Source of the DNA: Nitrosospira multiformis ATCC 25196
GTDB lineage: Bacteria > Pseudomonadota > Gammaproteobacteria > Burkholderiales > Nitrosomonadaceae
Length of the DNA stretch: 32,000 bases
Reading direction: 5' to 3'
NCBI RefSeq assembly: GCF_000196355.1
Contig: NC_007614.1
Span: 1,980,001-2,012,000 of the forward strand
Positions 9,317-19,238 of this stretch are shown here, one piece after another (within the stretch, counting starts at the first letter, position 1; each line of letters begins with the position of its first letter). Position numbers and translations under genes: made by a program. The notes under the pieces were generated by a model. The model saw nothing but the letters and a program-made list of their open reading frames with translations. It had not been told where the DNA came from and did not search any database.

Positions 9317-10363
9317 TTACTGATTCGCGGAATAAGGTAGCGGCATAATTCCCAGTGCGGGACCCTCCAGCGATTTCCAGTGAATTTCACCTGCCTCGAC
9401 ACTGCTGGTCTGAATGACAGCCAATAGATCAGTTCCTCCGTCGGAGGACGATGCTGGGTTGACTACCATACCCGCAGATTGTTCCCCCAAGTCGGCGCTG
9501 AATAACTCATCCCCCGCTTCGATTGGCAGATCACCCGCTGCTGGACGAACATTTGCAAGATACATGCGCCGCTTTATTTTGCCGAGATACTGCGTGCGGG
9601 CAACGATTTCCTGGCCGGGATAACAACCTTTCTGAAAGCTTATCCCCCCGAGAGTATCCAGATTCACCATCTGGGGCACGAATTGTTCCTGGGTTGCGGG
9701 CAGGATGTGGGGAATACCTGCCCGGATTTCCAGCCAGTCCCAACAGGGCTTCCCTACCTGGGTCGCATTCCTGCTCAAATCTTCCCATATAGTGGGCGCC
9801 TGCTCGGGAAGAATGAGGAGTTGAAAGCGATCCTCCGCAAGACGGATGATGCTTCCTCTTTCGCCATGCCTCACTCCGAGAGGCACGACAGGAATTTCCC
9901 CCAGGATCTTCCTTAACAGGGCCGCAGCATGAGGGCCCGCGACCCCTATGTGGACCCAGGCTCCACTGCTGTCCGCCAATTTGACCTTGGCCCGCAGCAC
10001 ATACATGGCGAGGCGCTTCTGGATCCCCGCGAGCAAGATTGCAGGCAGCTGCATGAGATACCCGTCACCAGTCGTCCGCCAAATCAGAAAAGTCGCGAGA
10101 ATTCTGCCTTTGGGATTGCAATAGCTCCCGTAGGAGGCTGTTGAGGTAGTGGCGCGCCTTATATCGCAACTCAATTGTCCTTGCAGGAAAGTTTCCGCAT
10201 CCTCTCCCCAAAAGTGAATCAGGCCAAAATGAGAAAGATCACTCAGTACGTTGGCAGATCGGGTACTCTCAAGTTCGGCAGCAGCATTGCCGTAGCTGAC
10301 AATGCAGTCTTCCCGGAAAATCGCACCGCGGTGTTGCAGGTAGGAGTGCCAGACAGGATTCAT
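9317..10363 (-). CDS. ygfZ: YgfZ/GcvT-domain folate-binding protein (Fe-S cluster maintenance)
   Basis: Signature KGCYPGQEIVARTQYLGKIKRRMYLA; start chosen at the internal Met (MNPVWHSYLQHRGA) rather than the longer track ORF. Confidence 0.85.
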   Translation of the reverse strand: MNPVWHSYLQHRGAIFREDCIVSYGNAAAELESTRSANVLSDLSHFGLIHFWGEDAETFLQGQLSCDIRRATTSTASYGSYCNPKGRILATFLIWRTTGDGYLMQLPAILLAGIQKRLAMYVLRAKVKLADSSGAWVHIGVAGPHAAALLRKILGEIPVVPLGVRHGERGSIIRLAEDRFQLLILPEQAPTIWEDLSRNATQVGKPCWDWLEIRAGIPHILPATQEQFVPQMVNLDTLGGISFQKGCYPGQEIVARTQYLGKIKRRMYLANVRPAAGDLPIEAGDELFSADLGEQSAGMVVNPASSSDGGTDLLAVIQTSSVEAGEIHWKSLEGPALGIMPLPYSANQ

Positions 10364-10476
10364 GTTAAGGCAGGTATTGGTCAAAGAAGCCCCAAAAGAG
10401 TTAATTATAAAGCATACACTCGAGCTGGGCGGCAAATTGCCCGCATTGAGATAACAGCTCATCAATATTTTAGAAC

Positions 10477-10992
10477 ATGCAACCCGTTGTGCAACGCTCC
10501 GTGCCTTCCCTCGTCGTCCATCTGAAACCCTCGCGTAGATTAGGAATAGTCCTCAGCTTCGCGCACTTTGTGGCTATTGTATTGTTGTGGCCCCTGACGT
10601 TGCCCCTTTCAGCCAAATTGACGGGCTCCGCTTTGCTCGTCATCAGCCTTGTTTTCTACCTGAAGCGCTATGCATTGTTGTGCTCGCCGGATTCCGTTTC
10701 CGGCCTCGAAGTAACCGATGAAATGGTGTTTACCCTGAATATGCGGGATGGAGGGCAGATCGCCTGTGCCTTGCTTGGCAGCAGTTTCGTCGCACCCTAT
10801 CTGACGGTGCTCGACTTGAGACCCCTGAAAATCGATAAGACAGACGCATCTCCACGACAGTGGAGCCGGTATTTTTCGCGCAGTGTCGTAATCCTTCCCG
10901 ATGGAATAAACTCGGAAGAATTCAGGCAGCTACGGGTGCTGTTGCGATGGAAATGGAGAAGCCGGAGAGGCGAATTGAGGCGGCTTGAATAG
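10477..10992 (+). CDS. YgfX-like small membrane protein
   Basis: 171 aa with two hydrophobic segments near the N-terminus then LVFYLKRYALLCSPDSVSGLEVTDE..., divergent from ygfZ as is typical for the YgfX family neighbourhood. Confidence 0.55.
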   Translation: MQPVVQRSVPSLVVHLKPSRRLGIVLSFAHFVAIVLLWPLTLPLSAKLTGSALLVISLVFYLKRYALLCSPDSVSGLEVTDEMVFTLNMRDGGQIACALLGSSFVAPYLTVLDLRPLKIDKTDASPRQWSRYFSRSVVILPDGINSEEFRQLRVLLRWKWRSRRGELRRLE

Positions 10993-11273
10993 TCGGCTGT
11001 TTTTGTAATGATTCACATCAATTACCCCTTCCCGGGTTATGCATAAAACGTATAAACAAATGAATTAATATTGGTTCACTGGAGAAAACAGAACTGATAA
11101 CTTTCAGGTGTGGTTATTCTCCATTGTTGTTGTGATTTTCAAGGCGCTGGCCATCGGCTCGCGCCTTTTCTTTATCACACCCCCGGAAAGCCATACTGAT
11201 TTTTGAATGAGCATTCCACATCCATCATTGCTCGAAACCGATCACGACAATAACAGGCTGCAGGCTTATAAAT

Positions 11274-12218
11274 ATGAACTTTCAACAATTGCGCATCATC
11301 CATGAGACAGTCCGCCAGAACTATAACCTGACCGAAGCGGCCAATGCCCTGTTCACTTCCCAGTCCGGCGTCAGCAAACACATCAAGGATCTTGAAGATG
11401 AATTGGGCGTCGAATTATTCGTGCGCAAAGGCAAACGGCTGCTCGGCCTGACCAATCCGGGCAAGGAGTTGATAGAGATTGTCGAGCGCATCCTTCTGGA
11501 TGCAAAGAATGTCAAGCGTCTGGCTGAACAGTTCAGCAAGCGGGATAAAGGACGGCTGACCATCGCCACTACCCACACGCAGGCGCAGTACGCACTCCCT
11601 ACGGTGGTCACGCAATTCAAGAAAACCTTTCCCCAGGTGCATCTCGTCCTGCACCAGGCCAGCCCCGGCGAAATCGTATCGATGCTGCTGGACGGGGTGG
11701 CCGATATCGGCATTGCCACCGAAGCATTGGAGAGTGTCGCAGAACTGGCCTCTTTTCCTTATTACTCGTGGCACCACGCTGTCATTGTGCCGCCCGGACA
11801 CCCGCTGGAAGCAATACAGCCGCTCACGCTTGAAGGCATTGCAGAGTTCCCGATCATCACTTATCACGAAGGCTTTACCGGCCGGGCGGGAATTGATCAG
11901 ACGTTCGCCGGGGCAGGATTGGTGCTCGACATCGCCATGTCCGCACTCGATGCGGACGTCATCAAAACGTACGTGGAACTGGGGCTGGGGGTGGGTCTCG
12001 TTGCGTCGATGGCCTTCAATCCCGTGCGGGACACCCGGCTGACGCTGCTGGACAGTTCCCACCTGTTCGGGCAAAACATCACCCACATCTCGATCCGCCG
12101 CGGTCATTACCTGCGGGGATACGCCTACCGGTTCATCGAGCTTTGCCTTCCTTCCCTGACGGAAGCCGCTATCCGCGCGGGCGTGAGGCCGCGAGCGGGA
12201 GTGGAACTGGGCGACTGA
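11274..12218 (+). CDS. cysB: CysB-type LysR-family transcriptional regulator
   Basis: N-terminus MNFQQLRIIHETVRQNYNLTEAANALFTSQSGVSKHIKDLEDELGVELFVRKGKRLLGLTNPGKE is typical of CysB/Cbl; 314 aa with LysR effector domain. Confidence 0.88.
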   Translation: MNFQQLRIIHETVRQNYNLTEAANALFTSQSGVSKHIKDLEDELGVELFVRKGKRLLGLTNPGKELIEIVERILLDAKNVKRLAEQFSKRDKGRLTIATTHTQAQYALPTVVTQFKKTFPQVHLVLHQASPGEIVSMLLDGVADIGIATEALESVAELASFPYYSWHHAVIVPPGHPLEAIQPLTLEGIAEFPIITYHEGFTGRAGIDQTFAGAGLVLDIAMSALDADVIKTYVELGLGVGLVASMAFNPVRDTRLTLLDSSHLFGQNITHISIRRGHYLRGYAYRFIELCLPSLTEAAIRAGVRPRAGVELGD

Positions 12219-12282
12219 TTGCCGAACCGATCGGAAAACCGTTTGAACCGCAGGAGATATAGGCTTTCTCAAGCTTATAGTT

Positions 12283-14112
12283 CTATGCGTCTTCCCCCAG
12301 AAAACCGCCACTCTGATGCTCCCAAAGCCCGGCATAGAGGCCGTTCATCCCGATCAGGCTTTGATGTGTTCCTTCCTCCACGATCCGCCCCTTGTCGATC
12401 ACGATCAACCGATCCATGGCAGCAATGGTCGATAGGCGATGCGCTATGGCGATCACCGTCTTGCCCTCCATCAGGCGGTAGAGGCTGGACTGGATGACTG
12501 ACTCCACTTCAGAGTCCAGCGCGCTGGTCGCTTCGTCAAGCAGAAGAATCGGTGCGTTTTTTAGCATTACTCTCGCTATGGCGATCCGCTGGCGCTGCCC
12601 GCCCGAAAGCTTTATCCCGCGCTCCCCCACATGCGCATCATAGCCAGAGCGTCCCGCAGGATCTGTCAGGTCCATAATAAAATCGTGGGCCTCCGCCTTT
12701 TTCGCGGCGGCCACCGTTTCCGCATCGGTGGCATCAGGTCGACCATAAGCGATGTTGTCCCTTACCGAACGATGCATGAGGGATGTATCCTGCGTAACCA
12801 TGCCGATATTGGCGCGCAAACTGTCCTGAGTAACATACCGGATGTCCTGCCCGTCGATCAGTATCCGCCCCTCCTCCACATCATAAAAGCGAAGCAGCAA
12901 GTTGACGAGAGTGGATTTACCCGCGCCCGAGCGTCCGACCAGACCGATTTTTTCGCCCGGCCTGATATGCAGCGAAAGATGGTCTATTACGGGGACGTCA
13001 CTCCCGTAACCGAAAACCACATTCTCAAACCGTATCTCGGCAGTTTTTATCTGAAGACGTTTTGCATCGGGATGATCGGTCACCATATGGGGACGTGACA
13101 AAGTTGTGATTCCATCGCGTACGGTACCCACCTGTTCGAACAATGAAGTCATTTCCCACATGACCCAATGCGACATCCCGTTAAGCCGCAATGACATGGC
13201 ACCGACGGCCGCCACCGCGCCCACGCCGATCTGCCCATCCACCCACAACAGCAAGGCAACCGCAACTGCGCTGATGATGAGACATGCCCCCATCACCTGG
13301 TTCACGGTTTCAAACCAGGTGATCAACCTCATCTGGCTATGTACTGTCCCCAGAAACTCCTGCATCGCCAGTTTGGCATAACCGGCCTCCCTGCCAGCGT
13401 GAGAGAAGAGTTTTACGGTGGCGATATTGGTATAAGCATCACTGATGCGCCCCGTCATCAAGGCGCGCGCATCCGCCTGAGATTGGGATACACGGCTGAG
13501 CTTGGGCACGAAATAGCGCAGTGCGCAAAGATAGAGAGCAAACCAGCCTGCGAAAGGTACCAATATCCAGAGATCAAACGTCCCGACGACGGCCACCAGA
13601 GTAAAAAAGTAAATCGTTACATAGACCAGTATATCGCCGAGAATAAAGCAGACATCGCGCAGCGCGAGAGCGGTTTGCATCACCTTGGCCGCCACCCGCC
13701 CCGCAAATTCATCCTGATAGAAGTGCATGCTCTGGTTCAGCATCAGGCGATGGAAATTCCAGCGCAGACGCATCGGAAAATTCCCCCCCAACACCTGATG
13801 CTTGACGAGGTTTTGTATACCGACCAACAGGGGGCTTGCAACCAGCAGTCCAGCAAACAGAAGAAGCGTGTTCCGCTCCTGTTCCCATAGAAGAGAGGGC
13901 GGGATCTGGTTGAGCCAGTCGACGACTTTTCCCAGCATCGCGAACAACAAGGCTTCAAACGCACCGATTGATGCGGTAAGCAGCGTCATTGCCACCAGGT
14001 ATCGTCTTACACCCTCGGTTGCCTCCCAGATAAAGGTAAAAAAACCTTTTGGGGGAATCCTGTCGGTGGGATCGGGATAGGGGTAAATCAGTTTCTCGAA
14101 ATAGCTGAGCAT
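12283..14112 (-). CDS. ABC exporter, fused permease and ATPase (MsbA-like half transporter)
   Basis: 609 aa; Walker A GRSGAGKSTLVNLLLRFYD, ABC signature IKLSGGQRQRIAIARVMLKNAPILLLDEATSALD, H-loop IAHRLSTI, N-terminal six-TM region. Confidence 0.92.
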   Translation of the reverse strand: MLSYFEKLIYPYPDPTDRIPPKGFFTFIWEATEGVRRYLVAMTLLTASIGAFEALLFAMLGKVVDWLNQIPPSLLWEQERNTLLLFAGLLVASPLLVGIQNLVKHQVLGGNFPMRLRWNFHRLMLNQSMHFYQDEFAGRVAAKVMQTALALRDVCFILGDILVYVTIYFFTLVAVVGTFDLWILVPFAGWFALYLCALRYFVPKLSRVSQSQADARALMTGRISDAYTNIATVKLFSHAGREAGYAKLAMQEFLGTVHSQMRLITWFETVNQVMGACLIISAVAVALLLWVDGQIGVGAVAAVGAMSLRLNGMSHWVMWEMTSLFEQVGTVRDGITTLSRPHMVTDHPDAKRLQIKTAEIRFENVVFGYGSDVPVIDHLSLHIRPGEKIGLVGRSGAGKSTLVNLLLRFYDVEEGRILIDGQDIRYVTQDSLRANIGMVTQDTSLMHRSVRDNIAYGRPDATDAETVAAAKKAEAHDFIMDLTDPAGRSGYDAHVGERGIKLSGGQRQRIAIARVMLKNAPILLLDEATSALDSEVESVIQSSLYRLMEGKTVIAIAHRLSTIAAMDRLIVIDKGRIVEEGTHQSLIGMNGLYAGLWEHQSGGFLGEDA

Positions 14113-14306
14113 TTAAACCATTGTAGGAATCTATAGCGAATCATGCCAAATCCGGTGTGACCAGATTCGATCTTTGGTGGGCCGTATGACCACTGTGGGA
14201 AGGAGATATTCCGCCTGCTGTCTGAATACTTCCCGAAAACGAGGCAGGATATACAATAACATTGTTCTCCATTGCATTCTCGATCAATCACTCTTTGCGA
14301 CTATCC

Positions 14307-15242
14307 ATGCCTGGCGCTTATGCACACCTCACCATGGTGAACCTGGTCAAGGAACCGGACCGGCTTGAAAAGCAGGGGTTTCCTCCGGAAGCAATTGTCT
14401 CGATATTGGATTACTTCCGTTTCTGTGAGCTTGGCGCCGTGAGCCCTGATTATCCCTATCTGGACATTGCTCACTCCAGTGCTGGCCAGTGGGCGGATCG
14501 AATGCACTATCAGAGAACCGGCGACATGATCAAGGCAGGGGTCGAATGGATCAGAAGACTCGATGGAGCATCCCGGCAAAAAGCATTTTCATGGCTGCTG
14601 GGATACACCAGCCATGTCGTTACTGATACGACCATTCATCCCGTCATCGAACTCAAGGTGGGTGAATACCAGAAGAACAAGGATAAGCACCGGATATGCG
14701 AGATGCATCAGGATGCCTATATTTTCCAACGATTGAATCTCGGTGAGATAGGCCTGGCGGAACATCTGGATTCCGGAATCTGGAGCTGCTGCGATAAACC
14801 TGGCAGCGGAAAACTCGATTCCGTCATTACCCGCACGTGGCAGAGTATGCTTGAAACCTGCTATGCCGGCGCCTGCCAAACCGACCCTCCCCTCATCGAC
14901 AACTGGCACGGCGCATTCAAGTTCGTTGTCGACAAAGCGGAAGAAGGCCATGCCCTTCCTCCTTTTGCGCGGCATGTCGCCGCCAACCTCGGTTTGACCT
15001 ACCCTGCGGTTGCCGATCTCGATCCCCAATATCTGGAAAGCCTTGCGACCCCGCTTGAAGCGATGAGCTATGATGCGATATTTGATCGTGCCCTGGAGAA
15101 TGTTCTTGCCACCGGGTCCCTCATTGCCAAGGCCGTCTTCCAAAATGATAATAGCTACGCGACGGCCCTGGTGAATTGCAATCTGGATACAGGAAAAGAT
15201 GATCAGGGCAACCACATCTATTGGAAAAAGGGTGTCTCGTGA
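14307..15242 (+). CDS. Zinc-dependent phospholipase C-like family protein
   Basis: MPGAYAHLTMVN start; metal-ligand-like motifs (AHLTMV, DIAHSSAGQWADRMH, LLGYTSHVVTDTTIHPVI) resembling zinc-dependent PLC family; internal Met start is more plausible than the track start at 14262. Confidence 0.65.
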   Translation: MPGAYAHLTMVNLVKEPDRLEKQGFPPEAIVSILDYFRFCELGAVSPDYPYLDIAHSSAGQWADRMHYQRTGDMIKAGVEWIRRLDGASRQKAFSWLLGYTSHVVTDTTIHPVIELKVGEYQKNKDKHRICEMHQDAYIFQRLNLGEIGLAEHLDSGIWSCCDKPGSGKLDSVITRTWQSMLETCYAGACQTDPPLIDNWHGAFKFVVDKAEEGHALPPFARHVAANLGLTYPAVADLDPQYLESLATPLEAMSYDAIFDRALENVLATGSLIAKAVFQNDNSYATALVNCNLDTGKDDQGNHIYWKKGVS

Positions 15243-15676
15243 GCATACGTCCCGCCGGTATCCGTGTCAGCATAACTATCATGCTTGTACTATCGCTCGT
15301 TGCAGGTTGCGCCCCCACCCCAAAACTTCCTTACAGCGAAGAGATGTTTATCAAGGCTTCTGCACTGACCAAGCTCGCCAGCGCAGTAGAATCCACCGTC
15401 CGCTACAAGAATCCCCCGCCCGGGCTCGATGAAAAGGATTTGCTCATGCGGGCGACGCAACATGAGCCGGCATTGCTGCGAAACTTTAAAGGCTACAAGG
15501 TGAGAGTGCTGCGCCAGGACAAGCACTCCGTCGTGCTGGTTTGCGATGCCTCCGCGCAACGCGCCCTTCTCGAAGACGCAGGATGCTCCGGGCGCATGGA
15601 TCGTCACCGCTGGATGGGCAAGCCGCAGCCATGCGAGTTTTCGATTGATACGAAAGAAGTGTGCACAAGAAATTGA
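15239..15676 (+). CDS. Small putative lipoprotein, GTG start
   Basis: GTGA overlap with the preceding gene; signal peptide plus lipobox LSLVAGC after VSIRPAGIRVSITIMLVLS; in frame with the track ORF 15221..15676. Confidence 0.65.
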   Translation: MSIRPAGIRVSITIMLVLSLVAGCAPTPKLPYSEEMFIKASALTKLASAVESTVRYKNPPPGLDEKDLLMRATQHEPALLRNFKGYKVRVLRQDKHSVVLVCDASAQRALLEDAGCSGRMDRHRWMGKPQPCEFSIDTKEVCTRN

Positions 15677-15711
15677 CGAAACCCACTATCATTCTTACAG
15701 CAGAGCCCTCT

Positions 15712-17316
15712 TTACTGTCCCCGCTTCAACACCGTATCCCTTGCCTCCGGCAGTAAGTCCGGGTAATCCTTGCTGTAGTGTAGTCCCCGGCTTTCATGCC
15801 GCAGCATCGCACTTTGTACGATCAAACCGGCGGTATCCACCAGGTTGCGCAATTCCAGCAGATCGTTGGTGACGTGGAAATTCGCGTAGTATTCGTTGAT
15901 CTCTTCACGCAAAAGATTGATGCGGTGCTGCGCGCGCTGTAAACGTTTAGTGGTGCGGACGATGCCAACGTAGCTCCACATGAAGCGCCGCAGTTCATCC
16001 CAGTTATGGGAAATGACGATTTCCTCATCGGCATTGGTCACGCGGCTTTCATCCCATTGCGGCAATGCGGTGAGAGGTTCAGGGGTCTGCTGCATGATAT
16101 CCCGTGCCGCGGCCTGCCCGAATACCAGGCACTCGAGCAGTGAATTGCTTGCCAGGCGGTTGGCTCCATGCAGACCCGTGTGGGCGGTTTCGCCAATCGC
16201 ATAAAGATTGTCCAGGTCGGTCTTGCCGTTCCAATCGGTGACGACACCGCCACATGTATAGTGAGCCGCAGGCACCACAGGTATCGGTTCTTTGGTGATA
16301 TCAATTCCGAATTCCAGGCAGCGCTGGTAAATGGTCGGAAAATGCTCCTTCAGGAAGTTTGCCGGCTTGTGCGAGATATCCAGGTACACACAGTCGAGCC
16401 CGCGCTTCTTCATTTCAAAGTCAATTGCACGCGCAACGATGTCACGCGGCGCAAGTTCCGCACGTTCATCATGCGCGGGCATGAAACGCGTCCCGTCCGG
16501 CAGTTTCAGCAGGCCGCCCTCGCCTCGCACCGCTTCGCTGATGAGGAACGATTTGGCGTGAGGATGATAAAGGCAGGTTGGATGAAACTGGATAAACTCC
16601 ATATTCGCTATGCGGCAACCCGCGCGCCAGCCCATGGCGATGCCATCGCCGGTCGCAGTATCCGGATTGGTAGTGTAAAGATAGACCTTGCCCGCTCCAC
16701 CTGTCGCCAGCACGGTGTTATTCGCCGCTATGGTGCGCACCCTCCCTTCCCTGCTGTCCAGCACATAAGCGCCCAGGCAGCGATTGCCCTTCTTGCAGGG
16801 AGGTTCGATACGGCCGGCCAGTTTGGCGCTTGTTATGAGGTCGATTGCAACGTGATACTCGAGCACGGTGATATTGGGGTGGGCATGCGCTCTTTCGATC
16901 AATGTCAATTGCACTGCCTTGCCGGTCGCATCCGCCGCGTGAATGACGCGGCGAACGCTATGACCGCCCTCACGCGTCAGGTGATAACCGGTTCCATTAC
17001 CGCCGTCGCGCGTGAAAGGCACTCCCTGCTCAATCAGCCATTGGACGGCTTGAGGACCATTTTCCACCACATATCGCGTCACTTCTTCATTGCAAAGACC
17101 CGCACCTGCGACAAGCGTATCGTGGATGTGAGCTTCGGGTGAGTCTTCTTCCGATAGTGTTGCGGCGATTCCTCCCTGCGCCCACCCGCTTGCCCCATCG
17201 AGCAAGGCACGCTTGGTGATGAGGCCCACTTTCCTGTTTTGCGCCAGATTGAGCGCAAGAGTGAGCCCGGCCAGGCCGCTGCCAATTATCAGAGTATCGA
17301 AAGTAAGCTGTGGCAC
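15712..17316 (-). CDS. nadB: L-aspartate oxidase (GTG start)
   Basis: 534 aa; FAD-binding N-terminus [88 protein letters not shown]. Confidence 0.95.
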   Translation of the reverse strand: MPQLTFDTLIIGSGLAGLTLALNLAQNRKVGLITKRALLDGASGWAQGGIAATLSEEDSPEAHIHDTLVAGAGLCNEEVTRYVVENGPQAVQWLIEQGVPFTRDGGNGTGYHLTREGGHSVRRVIHAADATGKAVQLTLIERAHAHPNITVLEYHVAIDLITSAKLAGRIEPPCKKGNRCLGAYVLDSREGRVRTIAANNTVLATGGAGKVYLYTTNPDTATGDGIAMGWRAGCRIANMEFIQFHPTCLYHPHAKSFLISEAVRGEGGLLKLPDGTRFMPAHDERAELAPRDIVARAIDFEMKKRGLDCVYLDISHKPANFLKEHFPTIYQRCLEFGIDITKEPIPVVPAAHYTCGGVVTDWNGKTDLDNLYAIGETAHTGLHGANRLASNSLLECLVFGQAAARDIMQQTPEPLTALPQWDESRVTNADEEIVISHNWDELRRFMWSYVGIVRTTKRLQRAQHRINLLREEINEYYANFHVTNDLLELRNLVDTAGLIVQSAMLRHESRGLHYSKDYPDLLPEARDTVLKRGQ

Positions 17317-17468
17317 TGGTCGTCGTTATTTTGTTCTTATGAGCAGGGAATGATAACAGACCTGGCGGATGCTTTTACGCCAGCAAAGTCGATAGGTCAG
17401 AGGTTGATCTTTCGCCTCACTTCATTCTTTCCGTGGGCACTCGCGATTCCAACTCCAATCAACGAAGA

Positions 17469-18437
17469 TCAATCGGACTCCGTCGACACCGGGCAATAAT
17501 GACTGATGGTTCCCTGTTCGATCTCCAGGGTACTGTGGTGGATCGCATAGTGCGATTCAAGGTTGTTCCTGATATTGTCCATGAATGCATCCCCCGGGTA
17601 GCCGTCCGGCATGACGAGGTGGACAGTGAGGGCGCTCTCGGTCGTACTCAAACCCCATATATGCAGGTCATGTACGTCCGTCACACCCGGCTGGTTACGC
17701 AGAAAAGATTCGATCGCGGCAATATCGATATGCGGGGGCACGGCGCTGAGCGCAAGCTGAACCGAGTCGCGCAGAAGACCCCATGTATTGAACATAATGA
17801 CGGTAACGACCATCAGGCTGATCACCGGGTCGAGCCAATACCATTGCGTAAAAAGGATCGCCACCCCCGATACGAGCACGCCTGCCGAAACAGCGGCATC
17901 TGTCGCCATGTGCAGGAAAGCGCCATGAATATTCAGGTCCTCTTTGCTCCCCTTCAAAAACAACCAGGCAGACAGACCGTTGATCAGAAGACCAGCGGCT
18001 GCGACGGAAGCAACGGTGAGGCCCGCTACCAGCGGCGGTTGTGAAAACCGCTGAAAAGCTTCCCAGGCGATTGCCCCGCACGCCACCAGAAGCAGAACAG
18101 CATTTGCCAGCGCGGCGAGTATCGAAGTGCTGCGCAAACCATAGGTATAACGTTCGCTCGGAGCCTTGCGGCTCAAAATCGCCGCTCCCCAGGCTAACGC
18201 AAGCCCGAGCACATCCGACAAATTATGCCCAGCATCCGCCATGAGTGCCGTCGAGTTGGCGGCAAAGCCGTAAGCGAATTCAACCACGACAAAGCCGGCA
18301 TTTAAGGCGATAGCAATAACGAACGCACGTCCGTGATCGGGTGCGGGAGAATGGTTATGGTATCCAGGGTGCCTGGTATGAGATGGCATGTTGGAAAAAC
18401 CGGGGCCGCGACTGTGATGATTTGCCATTTGCCTCAA
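17469..18437 (-). CDS. Cation diffusion facilitator (CDF/CzcD-ZitB-type) metal efflux protein with His-rich N-terminus
   Basis: 322 aa; NSTALMADAGHNLSDVLGLALAWGA motif, DVHDLHIWGLSTTESALTVHLVM C-terminal domain, His-rich N-terminus (HHSRG...HTRHPGYHNHSPAPDHG). Confidence 0.92.
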   Translation of the reverse strand: MRQMANHHSRGPGFSNMPSHTRHPGYHNHSPAPDHGRAFVIAIALNAGFVVVEFAYGFAANSTALMADAGHNLSDVLGLALAWGAAILSRKAPSERYTYGLRSTSILAALANAVLLLVACGAIAWEAFQRFSQPPLVAGLTVASVAAAGLLINGLSAWLFLKGSKEDLNIHGAFLHMATDAAVSAGVLVSGVAILFTQWYWLDPVISLMVVTVIMFNTWGLLRDSVQLALSAVPPHIDIAAIESFLRNQPGVTDVHDLHIWGLSTTESALTVHLVMPDGYPGDAFMDNIRNNLESHYAIHHSTLEIEQGTISHYCPVSTESD

Positions 18438-18643
18438 TCTGAATGGAAGACGCGTAAGCCGAACAATGATAGCAACAATCCACCCCTATTCCTGCTCCCC
18501 CATTCCCCCTCTTTCCCGGCTCTGAATTTTTTGTCTGCTAGCGTACAGAATGTGAGCCAGGGCGGGCGCACATTATGGACTAGCGGGTTTGAGAAAACTC
18601 CTCGATCCCGAAGAATTTCCCAAAAATGGAAAAGGAGATGACC

Positions 18644-18985
18644 ATGTTTTTATACACGGAAACCGATCAGAATCTGCAAGCCTGTATCGATGCATGTAAC
18701 CATTGTTATCGCACCTGCTTGCGAATGGCCATGAACCATTGCCTCGAAGCAGGCGGCAAACATGTCGAGGCCGATCACCTCCGCTTGATGATGAATTGTG
18801 CGGAAATCTGCCAGACGTCGCTGAATTTCATGCTCAGCGGCTCCCGATTCAGTCCCAAGGTTTGTGGCGTCTGTGCCGAAATTTGCGACGCTTGTGCTAA
18901 AAGCTGCGAACAGCTGGATGGAATGGAAGAGTGTGTGCAAACTTGCCGCCAGTGCGCGGAGCACTGCCGCAAGATGGCAGCATAA
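18644..18985 (+). CDS. Cys-rich four-helix-bundle copper-binding protein (DUF326/Csp-like, probably cytosolic)
   Basis: About 16 Cys in repeated CxxC/CxxxC spacing (CIDACNHCYRTC, MNCAEIC, KVCGVCAEICDACAKSC, CVQTCRQCAEHC), no signal peptide. Strong AAAGGAG ribosome site 6 nt before the ATG at 18644; track start 18626 is probably too early. Confidence 0.8.
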   Translation: MFLYTETDQNLQACIDACNHCYRTCLRMAMNHCLEAGGKHVEADHLRLMMNCAEICQTSLNFMLSGSRFSPKVCGVCAEICDACAKSCEQLDGMEECVQTCRQCAEHCRKMAA

Positions 18986-18998
18986 AAATATACGAAAT

Positions 18999-19187
18999 CT
19001 GTTAGCACTTGGTCTGCTAGCACTTGTTTCGCCAGTCCCATTGCCGCGCGGAAAAACCTGAAGGCGCACGCAAAGGGCATGGTGAACCTGGGTCGCACTT
19101 TGCGAGGCTGCCTTGCTCTATGAGGCGGCGGCGTATGCTCGCGCCGAATAAAATCGGCTTCGTCGAGCATAAAACAAGTGCTAACAG
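18999..19187. repeat. Inverted-repeat-bounded intergenic element with an internal nested hairpin
   Basis: CTGTTAGCACTTG (18999-19011) is an exact inverse of CAAGTGCTAACAG (19175-19187); a second left copy GCTAGCACTTGTTT (19016-19029) pairs with AAACAAGTGCTAAC (19172-19185) with one mismatch; internal ATGCTCG...CGAGCAT (19135-19141/19164-19170) encloses GCCGA...TCGGC (19143-19147/19154-19158). Confidence 0.6.
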
Positions 19188-19238
19188 TTCCTGAATCCGT
19201 CATGTACTCCATCTGTTGGAATAACCACGTTTTCAACT

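Noticed and set aside
11415-12335. 306-aa minus-strand ORF
   Set aside because: Antisense to cysB, whose frame encodes a textbook LysR protein.
16168-17142. 324-aa plus-strand ORF
   Set aside because: Antisense to nadB; nadB motifs are unambiguous in the opposite frame.
18533-19022. 10-bp direct repeats GTCTGCTAGC (18533-18542 and 19013-19022) flanking the Csp-like gene as insertion target duplications
   Set aside because: A shared 10-mer within 500 bp has a non-negligible chance probability and there is no transposase or matched terminal inverted repeats at those positions.
18775-19236. 153-aa minus-strand ORF spanning the Csp-like gene and the inverted-repeat element
   Set aside because: Its C-terminal half is the reverse of the Cys-rich gene; no recognisable domain and it runs through palindromic DNA.
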